A stretch of DNA of 64,000 bases from an uncultured Chloroflexia bacterium (GTDB lineage Bacteria > Chloroflexota > Limnocylindria > Limnocylindrales > CSP1-4): the NCBI GenBank assembly GCA_963838285.1, contig CAWIQP010000005.1, forward strand, positions 2,075 to 66,074. The letters are read 5' to 3'. Under the pieces are notes generated by a model. It had not been told where the DNA came from. It did not search any database and saw nothing but the letters and a program-made list of their open reading frames with translations. Below are positions 1 through 11,038 of this stretch, piece by piece. The position numbers and the translations under genes were made by a program. Position 1 is the stretch's first letter. Each line of letters opens with the position of its first letter.

Positions 1-294
1 TCGATGCCATGGCGCGGTATTTGCGAGCCGGCCGGTTCAGGTGTGGACCGCCACCCCGACCGCTCGCGTCGGCCGCCCACACCGTGGCCGCCCGCACCGT
101 CGCGGCCACTCCGCCCGCACCGTGGCCGTTGAGCCGCCGCATAGTTGCGGCAACTACGCCGTTGACCGTAGACGCGTCGGCGATGTACGTTCCGTGTTCC
201 GCTGGTTGCAACGGCAGCCAGGGCAGGGCGTCAACGTGAGGGCGGGCCACTCCGTCAAGCGGCCACTCACGAGATACGCGACGGGAGGAGTCGA

Positions 295-3200
295 ATGAGG
301 CGTCGTGTGTTCGCTGCGCTGGCCGCAGCCGCACTCGTATTCGGGGCGATGGCGCCCACCGCGGCAGCGGCCGGAGGGTCGGTGTCGCGCTTCCAGAAGG
401 TCACCACGGCCAAGATCGATCCGCAGGTGACGCCCTATCTCGTCGACAAGAGCCGGCAGCTCGACCTGATGGTCGAGCTCACCGACGAGTCCGTCGCGTC
501 CCGAGTCGGCGACGCCACGGACAGTGGAACCTCCGTAACGACGTCCGACCGCAACACCTGGCGGAGCCAGATGCAGACCGACCAGGCGCCGGTCGTGGCC
601 GCGGTGCGGAAGAGCGGCGGCACGGTTCTGAGCCAGATGCAGGACGCCTATGACGGCATCCACGTCCACGTTCCGGCCGGGGCGGTCTCGACGATCGCGG
701 CCATGCCGGACGTCGCGGGCATCCACCTCGTGCCCACCTACAAGCCGGCCCTGACCGAGAGCGTGCCCTACGTCGGCGCGCCGCAGGCCTGGACCTCGAG
801 CGGCGGCACCGGCGCCGGCGTGAAGATCGCGGTCATCGACACCGGCATCGACTACTACCACGCCGACTTCGGCGGTTCGGGCGACCCGGCCGACTACACC
901 TACGGGTTGGCCAACGAGAACACCACCGTCCCGGCCTACAACCACTCGAACGGAAAGCAGGCCTTCCCGAGCGCCAAGATCCCGGTCGGCTGGGACTTCG
1001 TCGGCGACACCTACGACGCATCGTCGGCCGACCCTAAGATCAACACGCCCCAGCCGGACCCCAACCCGCTCGACTGCGATAGCCACGGCACGCACACCGC
1101 CAGCACGATCGCCGGCTTCGGCGAGGATGCGAACGGCAATACATACCACGGGCCGTACAACCAGGCGGCGTACTCGCAGGACTTCAAGATCGGCCCCGGC
1201 GTGGCCCCGAATGCGACGCTCTACATCTACAAGGTCTTCGGCTGCGCCGGCACGACTGACGTCGTGACCGAGGCCATCAACCAGGCCGTCAAGGACGGCG
1301 CCGACGTCATCAGCATGTCGCTCGGTTCCGACTTCGGCACGTCCGACACTCCGGACGCGATCGCAGCCGACAACGCGTCTCGCGCGGGCGTGGTCGTTGT
1401 CGCCTCCAGCGGCAACGCGGGCGACGGCGCCTACATGACGGGCACGCCGGCTTCCAGCTCGCGGACGATCTCGGTCGCCGCGATCGACTCCAACGCCACT
1501 TTCCCTGGCGCGACCATCGGGCTCAACCCGGCGATCTCCGCCATCGATGCCAACAACGCCTCGCTACCAACGTCTCGGGCAAGCTGGATGTGCTTACGAC
1601 CAGCGTCGCGAACGACCCGAACGACGGCGTGGCCGCCGACGGCATCTCTCTGGGCTGCGAGGCGGCGGACTACTCGGGCGTCGTCCGGGTGACATCGTCG
1701 TGACGGAGCGCGGGACCTGCGCCCGCGTACTCCGCGCAGAACTCGGCCAGGCTGCCGGCGCAGCGGCCGTGATAATGGTCAACAACGCCACGGGCCTCCC
1801 GCCATTCGAAGGGACGATTCCCGCCCAAAAGCCGTACCCCGCGGTCACCATCCCGTTCATCGGGGTCGACATCAACGACGGGCCGGCGCTGCTCAAGGCC
1901 AACGGCACGCCAGCCGGTCACGATCACCTCGGCCGGGCCGCTGACCAACCCGACCTACAAGAACCTGGCCGACTTCTCGTCCTGGGGGCCGCGCTTCGGC
2001 GACAGCGCCCTCAAGCCTGACATCACCGCTCCCGGCGTGAGTATCGTCGCCGCGGGCATGGGCAGTGGCAACGACGTTCTCGTCGACTCCGGCACGTCCA
2101 TGGCCGCGCCGCACGTTGCCGGCATCGCCGCACTCGTCATCGCCGCGCATCCGGGCTGGAGCGTCAACGACGTCAAGGCTGCGATCATGAGCACCGCGGA
2201 CGACACGTCGGCCAAGATCGTCGGCTACGACCCGGTCGGCGCCGGCTCCGGCGTGGCGCAGGCTCAGCTGGCCACTACCACGTCGGCGATCGCGTCTGAC
2301 CAACGACCATCTCGACAGCCTGGCCTTCGGCTATCAGCCGCTCGACGGCGCCTACTCGCGAGGTCGAGACCTTCACGATCGTCAACAAGGACTCCAAGTC
2401 GATCACCTACAACCTGGCGGCCAGCTTCATCGGCGGCTCGGCCGGGGCGAAGGTCAAGGTCGATCCTTCGAAGGTCACGGTTCCGGCTCACCAGTGGCGC
2501 ACCGTCGCCGTGACGCTCTCCATGTCCTCCTCGGCGGTCGCGGCACTGCCGACGGCCGAGACGTTCAACGGGATGGGCCCGGGCGCCGTCCTGACGGTGG
2601 AAGGCGTGGTCACGGCCACGCCGACCGCCACCGGCACGGGCGTCTACCCGCTCCACATGCCGTTCCTGCTCGTGCCCCGAGGCGACTCGCAGGTAGTGGC
2701 CGGTCCGCCGTCGCCGTACAAGGTGACCAACGGCGTGGCCAACGCCAACGTGCAGGTGCGGAACAAGGGCATTCACGACGGCACTGCCGACGTCTACACG
2801 TGGGGCATCTACGACAAGGACCACACCAAGGGCATCGCCAGCATCCGGGCCGTCGGCGTGCAGTCGCAGCCGGCTGACATCCTCGGCGGCGACGACAGCA
2901 CGGACATGGCTATGATCATCGCGATCAACGGCTGGCACCAGTGGTCCAACGCCGCGGCCGCGGAGTACGACATCGCCATCGACACCAACGGCGACGGCAA
3001 TCCGGAGTACTTCGTCATCGGAGCCGATCTCGGCTACTACACGACCGGTTCCTTCGACGGCGTCGAGGCCTCGTTCGTGTACAACGTCGCCGCGGGCGCC
3101 TTCGAACCCGACATCTTCTATGCGGACGCGCCGATGAACGGCTCGGTCATCGAGCTGCCGGTGCTCGCCAGCGACCTGGGCCTGACCAGCGCGGCTCCCA

Positions 3201-3472
3201 GCTTCACCTACGCCATTACAGGCGAGGACCTGATCACCGGCAACGTCGACGCGGTTGCGACGGCGGCCACCTACAACGCCTTCACCCCGAGCACCTCGAA
3301 CGGCCAGTTCGCGACGCTCGCCAGGAACGCGTCGGCCACGCTGCCGCTCAGCGTAAACGTGAGCCTCCAGAAGGCGGCCCCGGCCCTGGGCTGGATGGTC
3401 GTCAGCCTGGACAACCCGAACGGCGACGATCAGGCGGCCCTGATCCCGGTCGGGAAGATCCCCAACCACTGA
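295..3472 (+). pseudogene. Secreted S8 subtilisin-like serine protease (Vpr-like, PA domain), split by about 5 frameshifts (or assembly indels)
   Basis: Signal peptide; RBS GGAGGAG; catalytic motifs IDTG, HGTHTA, SSGN in 295..1692 and GTSMAAPHVAG in 2037..2513; PA-like ERGTC...AGAAAVIMVNN in 1547..2020; C-terminus in 2510..3472. Frame switches near 1566, 1688, 1912, 2298, 2359. Confidence 0.85.
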
Positions 3473-3486
3473 CCCTTACCCGCCAG

Positions 3487-3528
3487 CGAAGCGGCCCGCC
3501 CGGTCATCCGGGCGGGCCGCTTCGTTTC
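3487..3528 (+). terminator. Intrinsic terminator
   Basis: CGAAGCGGCCCGCCCGG-TCAT-CCGGGCGGGCCGCTTCG hairpin followed by TTTC, just after the protease stop. Confidence 0.85.
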
Positions 3529-3735
3529 TGCGAGTGGCCGGTCTGCGAGTGGCCGGTCGGCCGCGCCGCGACAAGGTCGACCGAACCCCGCGTCGCCGGC
3601 GGCGGTCCTACGTACGGTGACAAGGCCGATGCGGACCGCTCGATCGCTTCTCGTGGAGAAAACTCCTCCCGATCGCGAACCGGCGAAGCATTACCATGGG
3701 CAGGCATTTCCCTGACAGCGTTCGGAAGGTGGAGC

Positions 3736-3963
3736 GTGTCGTACGACGTCATCGGCAAGATGGGGCGCGTCACGGCGGACATAACCCCGGGTCACCTCGG
3801 CGAGGTGCTGATCGAGGTCCGGCAGGGGACGGAAAGGTTCCTGGCGTCCGCCGCGGATCCGGAAGCGACGATCAAGAAGAACACCCAGGTACTGGTGGTC
3901 GGCAGCCTGGGAGGTCGAACTGTTGAGGTGGCGCCGACCGACGCAGTGAGGCTTCCACGATGA
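3736..3963 (+). CDS. Small NfeD-like (OB-fold) flotillin partner
   Basis: 3' end of the 2941..3963 frame: IGKMGRVTADITPGHLGEVLIEVRQGTERFLA...VLVVGSLGGRTVEVAP; stop overlaps the flotillin ATG; start GTG inferred. Confidence 0.75.
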   Translation: MSYDVIGKMGRVTADITPGHLGEVLIEVRQGTERFLASAADPEATIKKNTQVLVVGSLGGRTVEVAPTDAVRLPR

Positions 3964-5543
3964 CTGACTCCCAGATGTTCCTTCTCGCGGTCGGGATCGG
4001 CGTCCTCGTCGTCCTGATCCTGGTGATCCTCCTCTTCAAGTCGACATGGCGGATCGCCGAGCCCGACGAAGCCCTGATCATCTCCGGCATCTCCGGCGGA
4101 AAGTCGGCCAGCGGGATCACCGGCGAGAGCATGCGCTTCAAGATCGTTACCGGCGGCGGAACGGTCGTGATGCCGGGCCTGTCCAAGGTCCGCGCCATTT
4201 CGTTGATGGCTCACGAGAGCGAGATCGCCGTCCCGTGCGTCAGCCAGCAGAAGATCCGCCTCGACCTCCGCGGCGTCATCGTCTACAAAGTCGGGGACGA
4301 CTTCCGATCCATCGCCAACGCGGCCCGCCGCTTCCTCGACCGCCCGGCCGCCGAGCTCGAGTCCAAGGTCCAGAACGTCTTCGTCGGCCACCTGCGAGCC
4401 ATCGCCGGCTCGATGACGGTCGAGGAGATGATCAGCGACCAGGACAAGTTCGCCCAGCAGGTTCGCGATCGCTGCACCCTCGAGATGGAGTCGTTCGGCC
4501 TGGTCATCGACAGCTTCCAGATCCAGTCGATCACGAGCCCGTCCAACTACATCGAGAACCTGGCCGTTCCGCACCAGGCCGAAGTCGAGCAGAACGCCCG
4601 CATCGCGCGAGCCCAGGCCGACCAGACCGCCGTCGCCCAGGAGCAGACCGCCCAGGGCCAGATAGCCGAGTCCATCCGGGGCACCGAGATCAAGAAGGCC
4701 GGCTTCCAGGCCGAGATCGACCGGGCCCAGAAGCAGGCCGCCCAGCAGGGTCCTCTGGCCGAGGCCCAGGCCCGCCAGGCCGTCGTCGAGCAGGAGACGC
4801 GCGTCGCCGAGCTGCAGGCTCAGCAGAAGGAACAGCAGCTGCAGGTAGACGTCCGCAAGCCGGCCGACGCCGAAGCCTACCGGCAGGTGACTCTCGCGGC
4901 GGCCGGACGCGACGTCCGGATCCGCCAGGCCGAAGCCGCGGCCCAGGAAGTCCGCCTCGCGGCCGAGGCACAGGCGGCGGCCATCAAGCTGCAGGCCGAG
5001 GCCCAGGCCAACGCCACCCGCGTCAACGGCCAGGCCGATGGCGACGCGATCAAGGCGCGCGGCCTTGCCGAAGCCGACGCGATCAAGGCCAAGGCGATGG
5101 CCGAAGCGGCCGGCATCGAGAGCCGCGCCAGGGCGCTCAGCCAGAACCAGGAAGCGGTCATCGCCCAGCAGATCGCCCAGACCCTGCCCGAGATCGTTCG
5201 GGCGGCAGCCTCGCCGTTCGAGCACGTCGGGCAGTTCACGGTCCTGAACGGGGCCCAGGGCGTCACGAGCGCCCTGTCCGAAGTCATCCAGCAGGCCGGC
5301 GCTCTCGCGACGGTCGCCCGCCGGACGATCACGCCGCTGCTCACCGGGCCGGAAGGCCAGCCGACTCCGGGAGACGGATCCGCCGCCCGACCCAGGCCGG
5401 CCGCAACTCCGGCCGCCGCCCCGATCGCCGCCCGGCGCGCTCCCAGGCCGGTCGAGGCCGCCAAGCCCTCGGATGCCCCGAAGCCGGCCGACGCCGCGAA
5501 GCCCGCGGACGCCCCCAAGGCGCCCGACGAGCCCAAGGGGTAG
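3960..5543 (+). CDS. Flotillin / SPFH domain protein
   Basis: N-terminal TM, AEPDEALIISG, GHLRAIAGSMTVEE, long AEA/AQA coiled coil. Confidence 0.92.
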   Translation: MTDSQMFLLAVGIGVLVVLILVILLFKSTWRIAEPDEALIISGISGGKSASGITGESMRFKIVTGGGTVVMPGLSKVRAISLMAHESEIAVPCVSQQKIRLDLRGVIVYKVGDDFRSIANAARRFLDRPAAELESKVQNVFVGHLRAIAGSMTVEEMISDQDKFAQQVRDRCTLEMESFGLVIDSFQIQSITSPSNYIENLAVPHQAEVEQNARIARAQADQTAVAQEQTAQGQIAESIRGTEIKKAGFQAEIDRAQKQAAQQGPLAEAQARQAVVEQETRVAELQAQQKEQQLQVDVRKPADAEAYRQVTLAAAGRDVRIRQAEAAAQEVRLAAEAQAAAIKLQAEAQANATRVNGQADGDAIKARGLAEADAIKAKAMAEAAGIESRARALSQNQEAVIAQQIAQTLPEIVRAAASPFEHVGQFTVLNGAQGVTSALSEVIQQAGALATVARRTITPLLTGPEGQPTPGDGSAARPRPAATPAAAPIAARRAPRPVEAAKPSDAPKPADAAKPADAPKAPDEPKG

Positions 5544-5559
5544 CCGCCCCGGTCGGCCC

Positions 5560-6726
5560 GTGAACAAGCCAGACAGTTCGTCGAACCCGGCGGAGTCCGC
5601 GAAGGTCCCGCCGGGTTCGGTTTCCGGCGACCCCGCCGCCGGCGTGCCTGCGGGTGGCGCGTCCTACGTCGCCGCCACGCCGAGCGCATCCGCCGGGGCC
5701 ATGTCCCAGCCCGAACGGGCCGGCATCTCGCCCGAGTCGGCCGAAAAGCTCGAGAGCCTCGCCGCCGACCTGGTGGATGCGATCGTCGAGGCGGAGCCGG
5801 GCAGCGGCGAGCTCGCCCGGGCGATTGCCGCCGTGGACCGTCTCGGCGAGCGCGACTTCGTGGCCACGGCCGCGATGAGCGGCCGCGTCCTCGACCGGCG
5901 TTTTCGATCGATGGACTCGCTGCTCGGATCGAAAGCCCCGATGGCCCGCCAGCTGCTCGACCTGCGCAGGGCGGCGGGCGAGATCGATCCGGCCAGGCTC
6001 AAGCTCGGCGGAAAGCGGTCGCCCGAGGAGGAGATCCACGAGCTCGACCGCTACTTCGAGCGCTTCCTGCGCACTCAGCCCCGGCTGCAGGAGATCCTCG
6101 ACGGGCTGAACCAGGGCCGGCTGGTCCTGGAGCAGGACAACGCCTCGATCGTCGGCGAGGAGACGTCGCTGAGCGCGGAGATCGAGACGCTGCGCCAGTA
6201 CGCGTTCCTGACGACCCGCATGGACGAGCTTCTGACCGCTCGCATCGGCGCCGTCGAGACGGGCGATGCCGGTCGCGCCGAAGTCCTTCGGGCGGACTGC
6301 CTGACGCCGGTGCGGCGGCGACGGCAGGAGATCCTGACTCAGCTGGCGATCTCCCTGCAGGGTTTCGAGGCGCTCCGGATCGTGGAGGAGAACAACGAGG
6401 AGGTGATCCGGGCGGTGGCCTCGGCGATCTCCACGACGGCGGCCGCTATGAGGACAGCGGTCATGACCGCTCAGGCCGCCGCCAGTCAGCGGATCTCGCT
6501 GTCGCACCTTCAGGCGGCTCAGCGCGCCGCCAGCGCCATGGCCGACCAGACGGCCGCGCTGGAGTCGAGCGCGGCCGGACCCGGCGGTCGAGTAGCCGTC
6601 CTGCGGGACGCGTGGGCCGAGGTCTACGCCGCGCTCGATCGGGTCGAGGCCCGGAAGGCCCAGGTGCTGCGAACCATCGCCCAGGCCGATCGAGAGCTGA
6701 CCAAGCCGAAGCCGGGGGCGCGCTGA
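5560..6726 (+). CDS. Toxic anion resistance protein (TelA-like)
   Basis: Helical, LLDLRR...IDP, YFERF...RLQEILDGLNQGRLVLEQDNASI, ALRIVEENNEEVIRAV pattern; start uncertain (GTG 5560 or ATG 5701). Confidence 0.75.
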   Translation: MNKPDSSSNPAESAKVPPGSVSGDPAAGVPAGGASYVAATPSASAGAMSQPERAGISPESAEKLESLAADLVDAIVEAEPGSGELARAIAAVDRLGERDFVATAAMSGRVLDRRFRSMDSLLGSKAPMARQLLDLRRAAGEIDPARLKLGGKRSPEEEIHELDRYFERFLRTQPRLQEILDGLNQGRLVLEQDNASIVGEETSLSAEIETLRQYAFLTTRMDELLTARIGAVETGDAGRAEVLRADCLTPVRRRRQEILTQLAISLQGFEALRIVEENNEEVIRAVASAISTTAAAMRTAVMTAQAAASQRISLSHLQAAQRAASAMADQTAALESSAAGPGGRVAVLRDAWAEVYAALDRVEARKAQVLRTIAQADRELTKPKPGAR

Positions 6727-6814
6727 CCCTCGGCCGGCGGGGCGGCCGCCCCGGCGCGATTCCCCGAACGTCCGCGAAAGTCCGCCCGGCCGCCCGCCGG
6801 CACGGGCAGGGAGG

Positions 6815-7639
6815 CTACTGGGCCAGGCGAGGGTAGAGCCGCGCCGCGATCACGATCAGCACGACCGTCGTGAAGGCCAGGACGCCGATGTCCAGGGAAA
6901 GCGGGAAGCTCTCGGTCGCGCCGTCGATCATCAGGCCCCTCAGGGCGTCCACCTGATACGTGAGCGGGTTCACGTGCGCGATCACCTGGAGCCACTCCGG
7001 CATCACGGCGATCGGGTAGATCGCGCTGCTGGCGAAGAACAGCGGCATGGTCAGAATCTGGCCGATCCCCATGAACCGCTCGCGGGTACGGACCAGGCAG
7101 GCGATCACGAGCGAGAACGTCGCGAAGGCGGCGGATCCCAGGACCACGACCAGGCAGACGCCGATCAGCGACAGCGGGTCCAGCCGGAGATGCACGCCCA
7201 TGACCAGCGCCAGGGCGTAGACCATCGTCGCCTGGACGAGCGATCGCAGCCCGCCGGCAAGAGCCTTGCCGGTCACGAGCGCGCTTCGGGCCGCGGGGCT
7301 GACGAGGTACTTGTGCAGCACGCCCAGGTCGCGTTCCCAGATGACGGCGATGCCGAAGAAGATCGCGGAGAAGAGCGCGCTCTGGGCCAGGATGCCCGGC
7401 GCGAGGAAATCCAGGTAGCCGAGGTTGCCGGTCGGGATGGCCCGCGTCTGCGCCATCACCTGCCCGAAGACGAGGAGCCACAGAAGCGGCTGGACGGCTC
7501 GCGTCAGCAGCTCGGTCGGGTCGTGGCGCAGCTTGCGAAGCTCGCCCTCGGCAATCGTCCAGGAGTCGAGGAAGAACCGCAGCGGCGCCGGCGGCTCAGC
7601 CCAGACGGCGGGCCGTTCGGCGCGTTCGAGCGACGTCAC
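6815..7639 (-). CDS. ABC-2 type exporter permease (DrrB-like)
   Basis: QPLLWLLVFG, YLDFLAPGILAQ, NPLTYQVDALRGL; about 6 TM helices. Confidence 0.92.
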   Translation of the reverse strand: MTSLERAERPAVWAEPPAPLRFFLDSWTIAEGELRKLRHDPTELLTRAVQPLLWLLVFGQVMAQTRAIPTGNLGYLDFLAPGILAQSALFSAIFFGIAVIWERDLGVLHKYLVSPAARSALVTGKALAGGLRSLVQATMVYALALVMGVHLRLDPLSLIGVCLVVVLGSAAFATFSLVIACLVRTRERFMGIGQILTMPLFFASSAIYPIAVMPEWLQVIAHVNPLTYQVDALRGLMIDGATESFPLSLDIGVLAFTTVVLIVIAARLYPRLAQ

Positions 7640-8405
7640 GGTACTGACCTCCTTGCTCGCCGGCGTCGACGAGACCCGAGCCGGTGAAATAGGTGAACGC
7701 GTCGTCGAGGTCCTTGCCCGGACCCGCCTGCGCGGACAGCTCCGCGGGCGTACCCAGGGCGACCAGGTTGCCCAGGTGCATGAACCCGACTCGCCCGCAC
7801 AGCTCGGCGGCCTCGTCCATGTAGTGGGTGGTGAGGAGGATGGTGGTTCCCTCCGCCTCGCGGAGCTCGCGGATGTGGCCCCACACGGCTCGACGCGCGT
7901 TCGGGTCCAACCCGACGGTCGGCTCGTCCAGGAACAGCACCTCGGGCCTGTGGAGCATCGCCTGGGCGATCTCGAGGCGGCGGATCATCCCACCGGAGAA
8001 GGTCCGAACGAGCCGATCGGCCGACGACTCGAGGCCCATGAACTCGAGCGCCTCCTGTATTCGGGCCTTTCGATCGGCGCCGGAAAGGTGGTAGAGCCGG
8101 GCGCTCGTCATCAGGTTTTCGCGCGCCGACAGCGCTCCGTCCGACGACAGCAGCTGAGGCACGTATCCGATCGACCGCCGAACCAGGCGGGGGTCGTGGA
8201 GGATGTCGTGTCCGGCCACGGTGGCGCTGCCGCCGCTCGGCGGAAGGAGCGTGATCAGCATCTTGATCGTCGTGGTCTTGCCCGCGCCGTTGGGGCCGAG
8301 CAGCCCGAAGACTTCGCCTTCCTGGACCTCCAGGCTCAGCGCGTTGACCGCGACGAGCGTATCGAAGCGCCTGGTCAGCTCGTGCGTAGCGATTGCTGGG
8401 GGCAT
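7596..8405 (-). CDS. ABC exporter ATP-binding protein (DrrA-like)
   Basis: GPNGAGKTT, FSGGM, LFLDEPT, TTHYMDEA. Confidence 0.95.
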   Translation of the reverse strand: MPPAIATHELTRRFDTLVAVNALSLEVQEGEVFGLLGPNGAGKTTTIKMLITLLPPSGGSATVAGHDILHDPRLVRRSIGYVPQLLSSDGALSARENLMTSARLYHLSGADRKARIQEALEFMGLESSADRLVRTFSGGMIRRLEIAQAMLHRPEVLFLDEPTVGLDPNARRAVWGHIRELREAEGTTILLTTHYMDEAAELCGRVGFMHLGNLVALGTPAELSAQAGPGKDLDDAFTYFTGSGLVDAGEQGGQYRDVARTRRTARRLG

Positions 8406-8463
8406 CGATCTCCTGCGGTTGGGGCGTGGCCGGACCCGAGCCGGCGACCGCGAAATGCGATAA

Positions 8464-8491
8464 CAGTTTGTGGCGTTAACTAATGTATCAT
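8464..8491. promoter_or_regulatory. Putative MarR operator (CAGTT-N9-AACTA) and -10 box TATCAT
   Basis: AT-rich imperfect inverted repeat between divergent ABC and marR genes. Confidence 0.5.
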
Positions 8492-8497
8492 ATTCCC

Positions 8498-8944
8498 GTG
8501 GCCAAGACGACGCCCGACCAGGTTGCCAGCGCGATCCTCGAGACGATCCCGCCGTCCATGCGCGCCATACGTGAGCAGATGCGAGCCGGCCGGGCGGCCA
8601 GCCTGTCGGTGCCGCAGTTCCGGGTCCTGCTCTACGTCCGTCGCAACCCCGGCACGAGCCTCTCCGCGCTGGCGGATCATCTGGGAGCGACCCTTCCGGC
8701 GGCCTCTCAGCTGGTGGAGCGCCTCGTCCGGGCCGGCTATCTGACCAGGATTCAGCATCCCCAGGAGCGCCGCCGCATCGAGCTGCGGGTTACCGAGGCC
8801 GGAGCTGCCTCCCTGGCCGGCTGCGACGAGCGGACGCGAGCGTGGCTGTGCGAGCGACTGTCGGGCATGGACGAGGCCGAATTGGATCGGCTGGCCGCGA
8901 CGCTTCGCGAGCTGCGCGATCTCCTGGGCCGAAGCGGCGAGTGA
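8498..8944 (+). CDS. MarR family transcriptional regulator
   Basis: LSVPQFRVL, wHTH, VERLVRAGYLTRIQHPQERRRIELRVT; GTG 6 nt after TATCAT. Confidence 0.92.
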   Translation: MAKTTPDQVASAILETIPPSMRAIREQMRAGRAASLSVPQFRVLLYVRRNPGTSLSALADHLGATLPAASQLVERLVRAGYLTRIQHPQERRRIELRVTEAGAASLAGCDERTRAWLCERLSGMDEAELDRLAATLRELRDLLGRSGE

Positions 8945-9088
8945 CGGGCCGGCCGCTCCGCGATCTCGACCTGGACCGAACCTCCGAATTCTCCGAGAAG
9001 GGGATGCCTCTCTAGCCCATCCGGCTGAGCCGGGCGGGTCAAGTCCGCCGCCGCGAGCCCGACGACTAAAGCGACCACTCGTAGCAGG

Positions 9089-10858
9089 ATGGGCCCAACG
9101 ACCATGCCTCGACGTGCCGGCGCACCCGCTTCCCGGGGTGGCGCGGCCGCAGCCGCCCTCGGGCGGCCCAACGGCGAAGACCCGAGTCCCGGGCCCGCGG
9201 CATTGTCCCCTGTGCCCGCGTTCTCGCCCGAGCCGCCGCGCAGGCGCCGTGGGGAGTTCTCGGCCGGACCGCGGCTCCAGCGCGTGCTGGCGGATCAGTC
9301 CAACCAGCCCGCCGCCACGAGCCTCCTCCATCTCGACCCGATCCTCGTCGCGCTCGCCGACAGCGAGCGGCATTTCCGGACGCTGATCGAGCAGGCCGCC
9401 GACGGGATCGTGGTCGTGGACGCGGACGGCCGGATCACCCTGGCCAATTCGCGGGCCTGCGAGATGCTGGGCTACACGGCCGCCGACATCATCGGGTTGG
9501 ACCTGCTCGAGACGTACCTGCCCGAAGATCGCGAGCTCGGCCGCCGGCGCCTGGATCAGCCGCCGGGCCCCGCCCTTCGCTTCGAGCGCATGCTTCGTCG
9601 CCGGGACGGCGCATCGATCCCGATCGACGTGAGCCTCGCCTGGCTTCCCAACGGCGAGCGGCAGCTGATCATGCGCGACATCACGGCGCGCCAGCGGGCG
9701 GAGGAGGCTCAGCTGGCCGAGGAGCGGCGCCTGCGCTCGCTGCTGCGAATCTCGGAAGTGGAGTGCGGCAGCGTCCCCGAGTTGCTCAACGTCACGCTCG
9801 CGGAAGTGGTGGCGCTGAGCGACAGCGCCTTCGGCTACATATATGCCTACGACGAGTTGAACGGCGTCTACACCCTTCATTCGTGGTCGCGCGAGTCGGT
9901 CGAGGCCAACCAGATAGCCGATCCCAGGTGGACATACGAACTGGCGCGATCCGGCATCTGGGCCGAGGTCGAGAACCAGCGCAAGCCGATCGTCGTCAAC
10001 TCGCTGCCTCACCCCCCGGCGGATGGCGGACCGTCCGCCGACGCCGCCGCCCCGGTGGCGCGATTCATGACGATCCCGGTCATAAGCCGGGGCCAGATCG
10101 TGGCCGTGGTGGGGGTTGCCAACAAGGCCGAGCCGTACACGGAAACGGACGTGCGCCAGCTGACCCAGATCATGGACGTGGTCTGGAAGATCGCCGATCG
10201 TCAGCAGGCCGAGGAACGGCTGCGCCTGTTCGCGGAACAGCTCGAGGCCCGCGTAGGCGAGCGGACCCGCGAGTTCGAACGCGCGAACGGTGAGCTCGAG
10301 GCGGCGAACATCGAGATCGCCGCCGCCAACGAGGAGTTCCAGAAGCTGCTGAGGGAGCAGGAGCGGCTGCAGAGCGAGCTCGCCTATCGCGCCCTTCACG
10401 ACCCGCTTACGGGCCTGGCAAACCGCACCATGTTCCAGCAGCGCCTGGACTACGCCTTCAGGGTGAGCGAGCGCGGCGTGGCGGTTCTATGGATCGACCT
10501 CGACCATTTCAAAGAGGTCAACGACATCTTCGGCCACGAAGTCGGCGACGAAATGCTCGTCGCCGTCGCAGATCGACTGCGGGAGGTCGTTCGCGAAACG
10601 GACGACATCGCCCGCATGGGTGGCGACGAATTCGCCATCGTTCTGCCGAATGTCATCGAGTCGGAAGCGCAGATCGTGGGCGAGCGCGTACTCGCGGCCC
10701 TCTGCGATAGGGACGCGTTCAGGCTTCAGGTGGGGGCCAGCGTCGGTGTGGGCTGGCAGCGCAACGCGACCGGTGACGGGCGAGCGCTCATTCGCCGCGC
10801 GGACCAGGCGATGTACCGCGCCAAGGCGGCCGGCGGTGGCGCTTCCATCATGTACTGA
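9089..10858 (+). CDS. PAS-GAF-GGDEF diguanylate cyclase
   Basis: PAS (EQAADGIVVVD), GAF, HDPLTGLANR, RETD I-site, intact GGDEF; start uncertain. Confidence 0.92.
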   Translation: MGPTTMPRRAGAPASRGGAAAAALGRPNGEDPSPGPAALSPVPAFSPEPPRRRRGEFSAGPRLQRVLADQSNQPAATSLLHLDPILVALADSERHFRTLIEQAADGIVVVDADGRITLANSRACEMLGYTAADIIGLDLLETYLPEDRELGRRRLDQPPGPALRFERMLRRRDGASIPIDVSLAWLPNGERQLIMRDITARQRAEEAQLAEERRLRSLLRISEVECGSVPELLNVTLAEVVALSDSAFGYIYAYDELNGVYTLHSWSRESVEANQIADPRWTYELARSGIWAEVENQRKPIVVNSLPHPPADGGPSADAAAPVARFMTIPVISRGQIVAVVGVANKAEPYTETDVRQLTQIMDVVWKIADRQQAEERLRLFAEQLEARVGERTREFERANGELEAANIEIAAANEEFQKLLREQERLQSELAYRALHDPLTGLANRTMFQQRLDYAFRVSERGVAVLWIDLDHFKEVNDIFGHEVGDEMLVAVADRLREVVRETDDIARMGGDEFAIVLPNVIESEAQIVGERVLAALCDRDAFRLQVGASVGVGWQRNATGDGRALIRRADQAMYRAKAAGGGASIMY

Positions 10859-11038
10859 CAGGCCCCGCAAGTACGTATTGTCACGCACTAAGTCACTAGA
10901 CAACGACGCCACGATACGTGGTACCCTCCGCCCGACGGGTCAATAGGCCCCGGGTCCAGCGGCTGCCACGATCGCTCCTCTCAACGGTTCTCGGCGAGAC
11001 AGACGTGTCGCTGAGGCCGCATGAGCAAGGAGCGTTCT

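Noticed and set aside
1690-1692. TGA as selenocysteine or readthrough in the S8 protease
   Set aside because: The reading frame had already shifted near 1566; the continuation is in other frames, consistent with indels.
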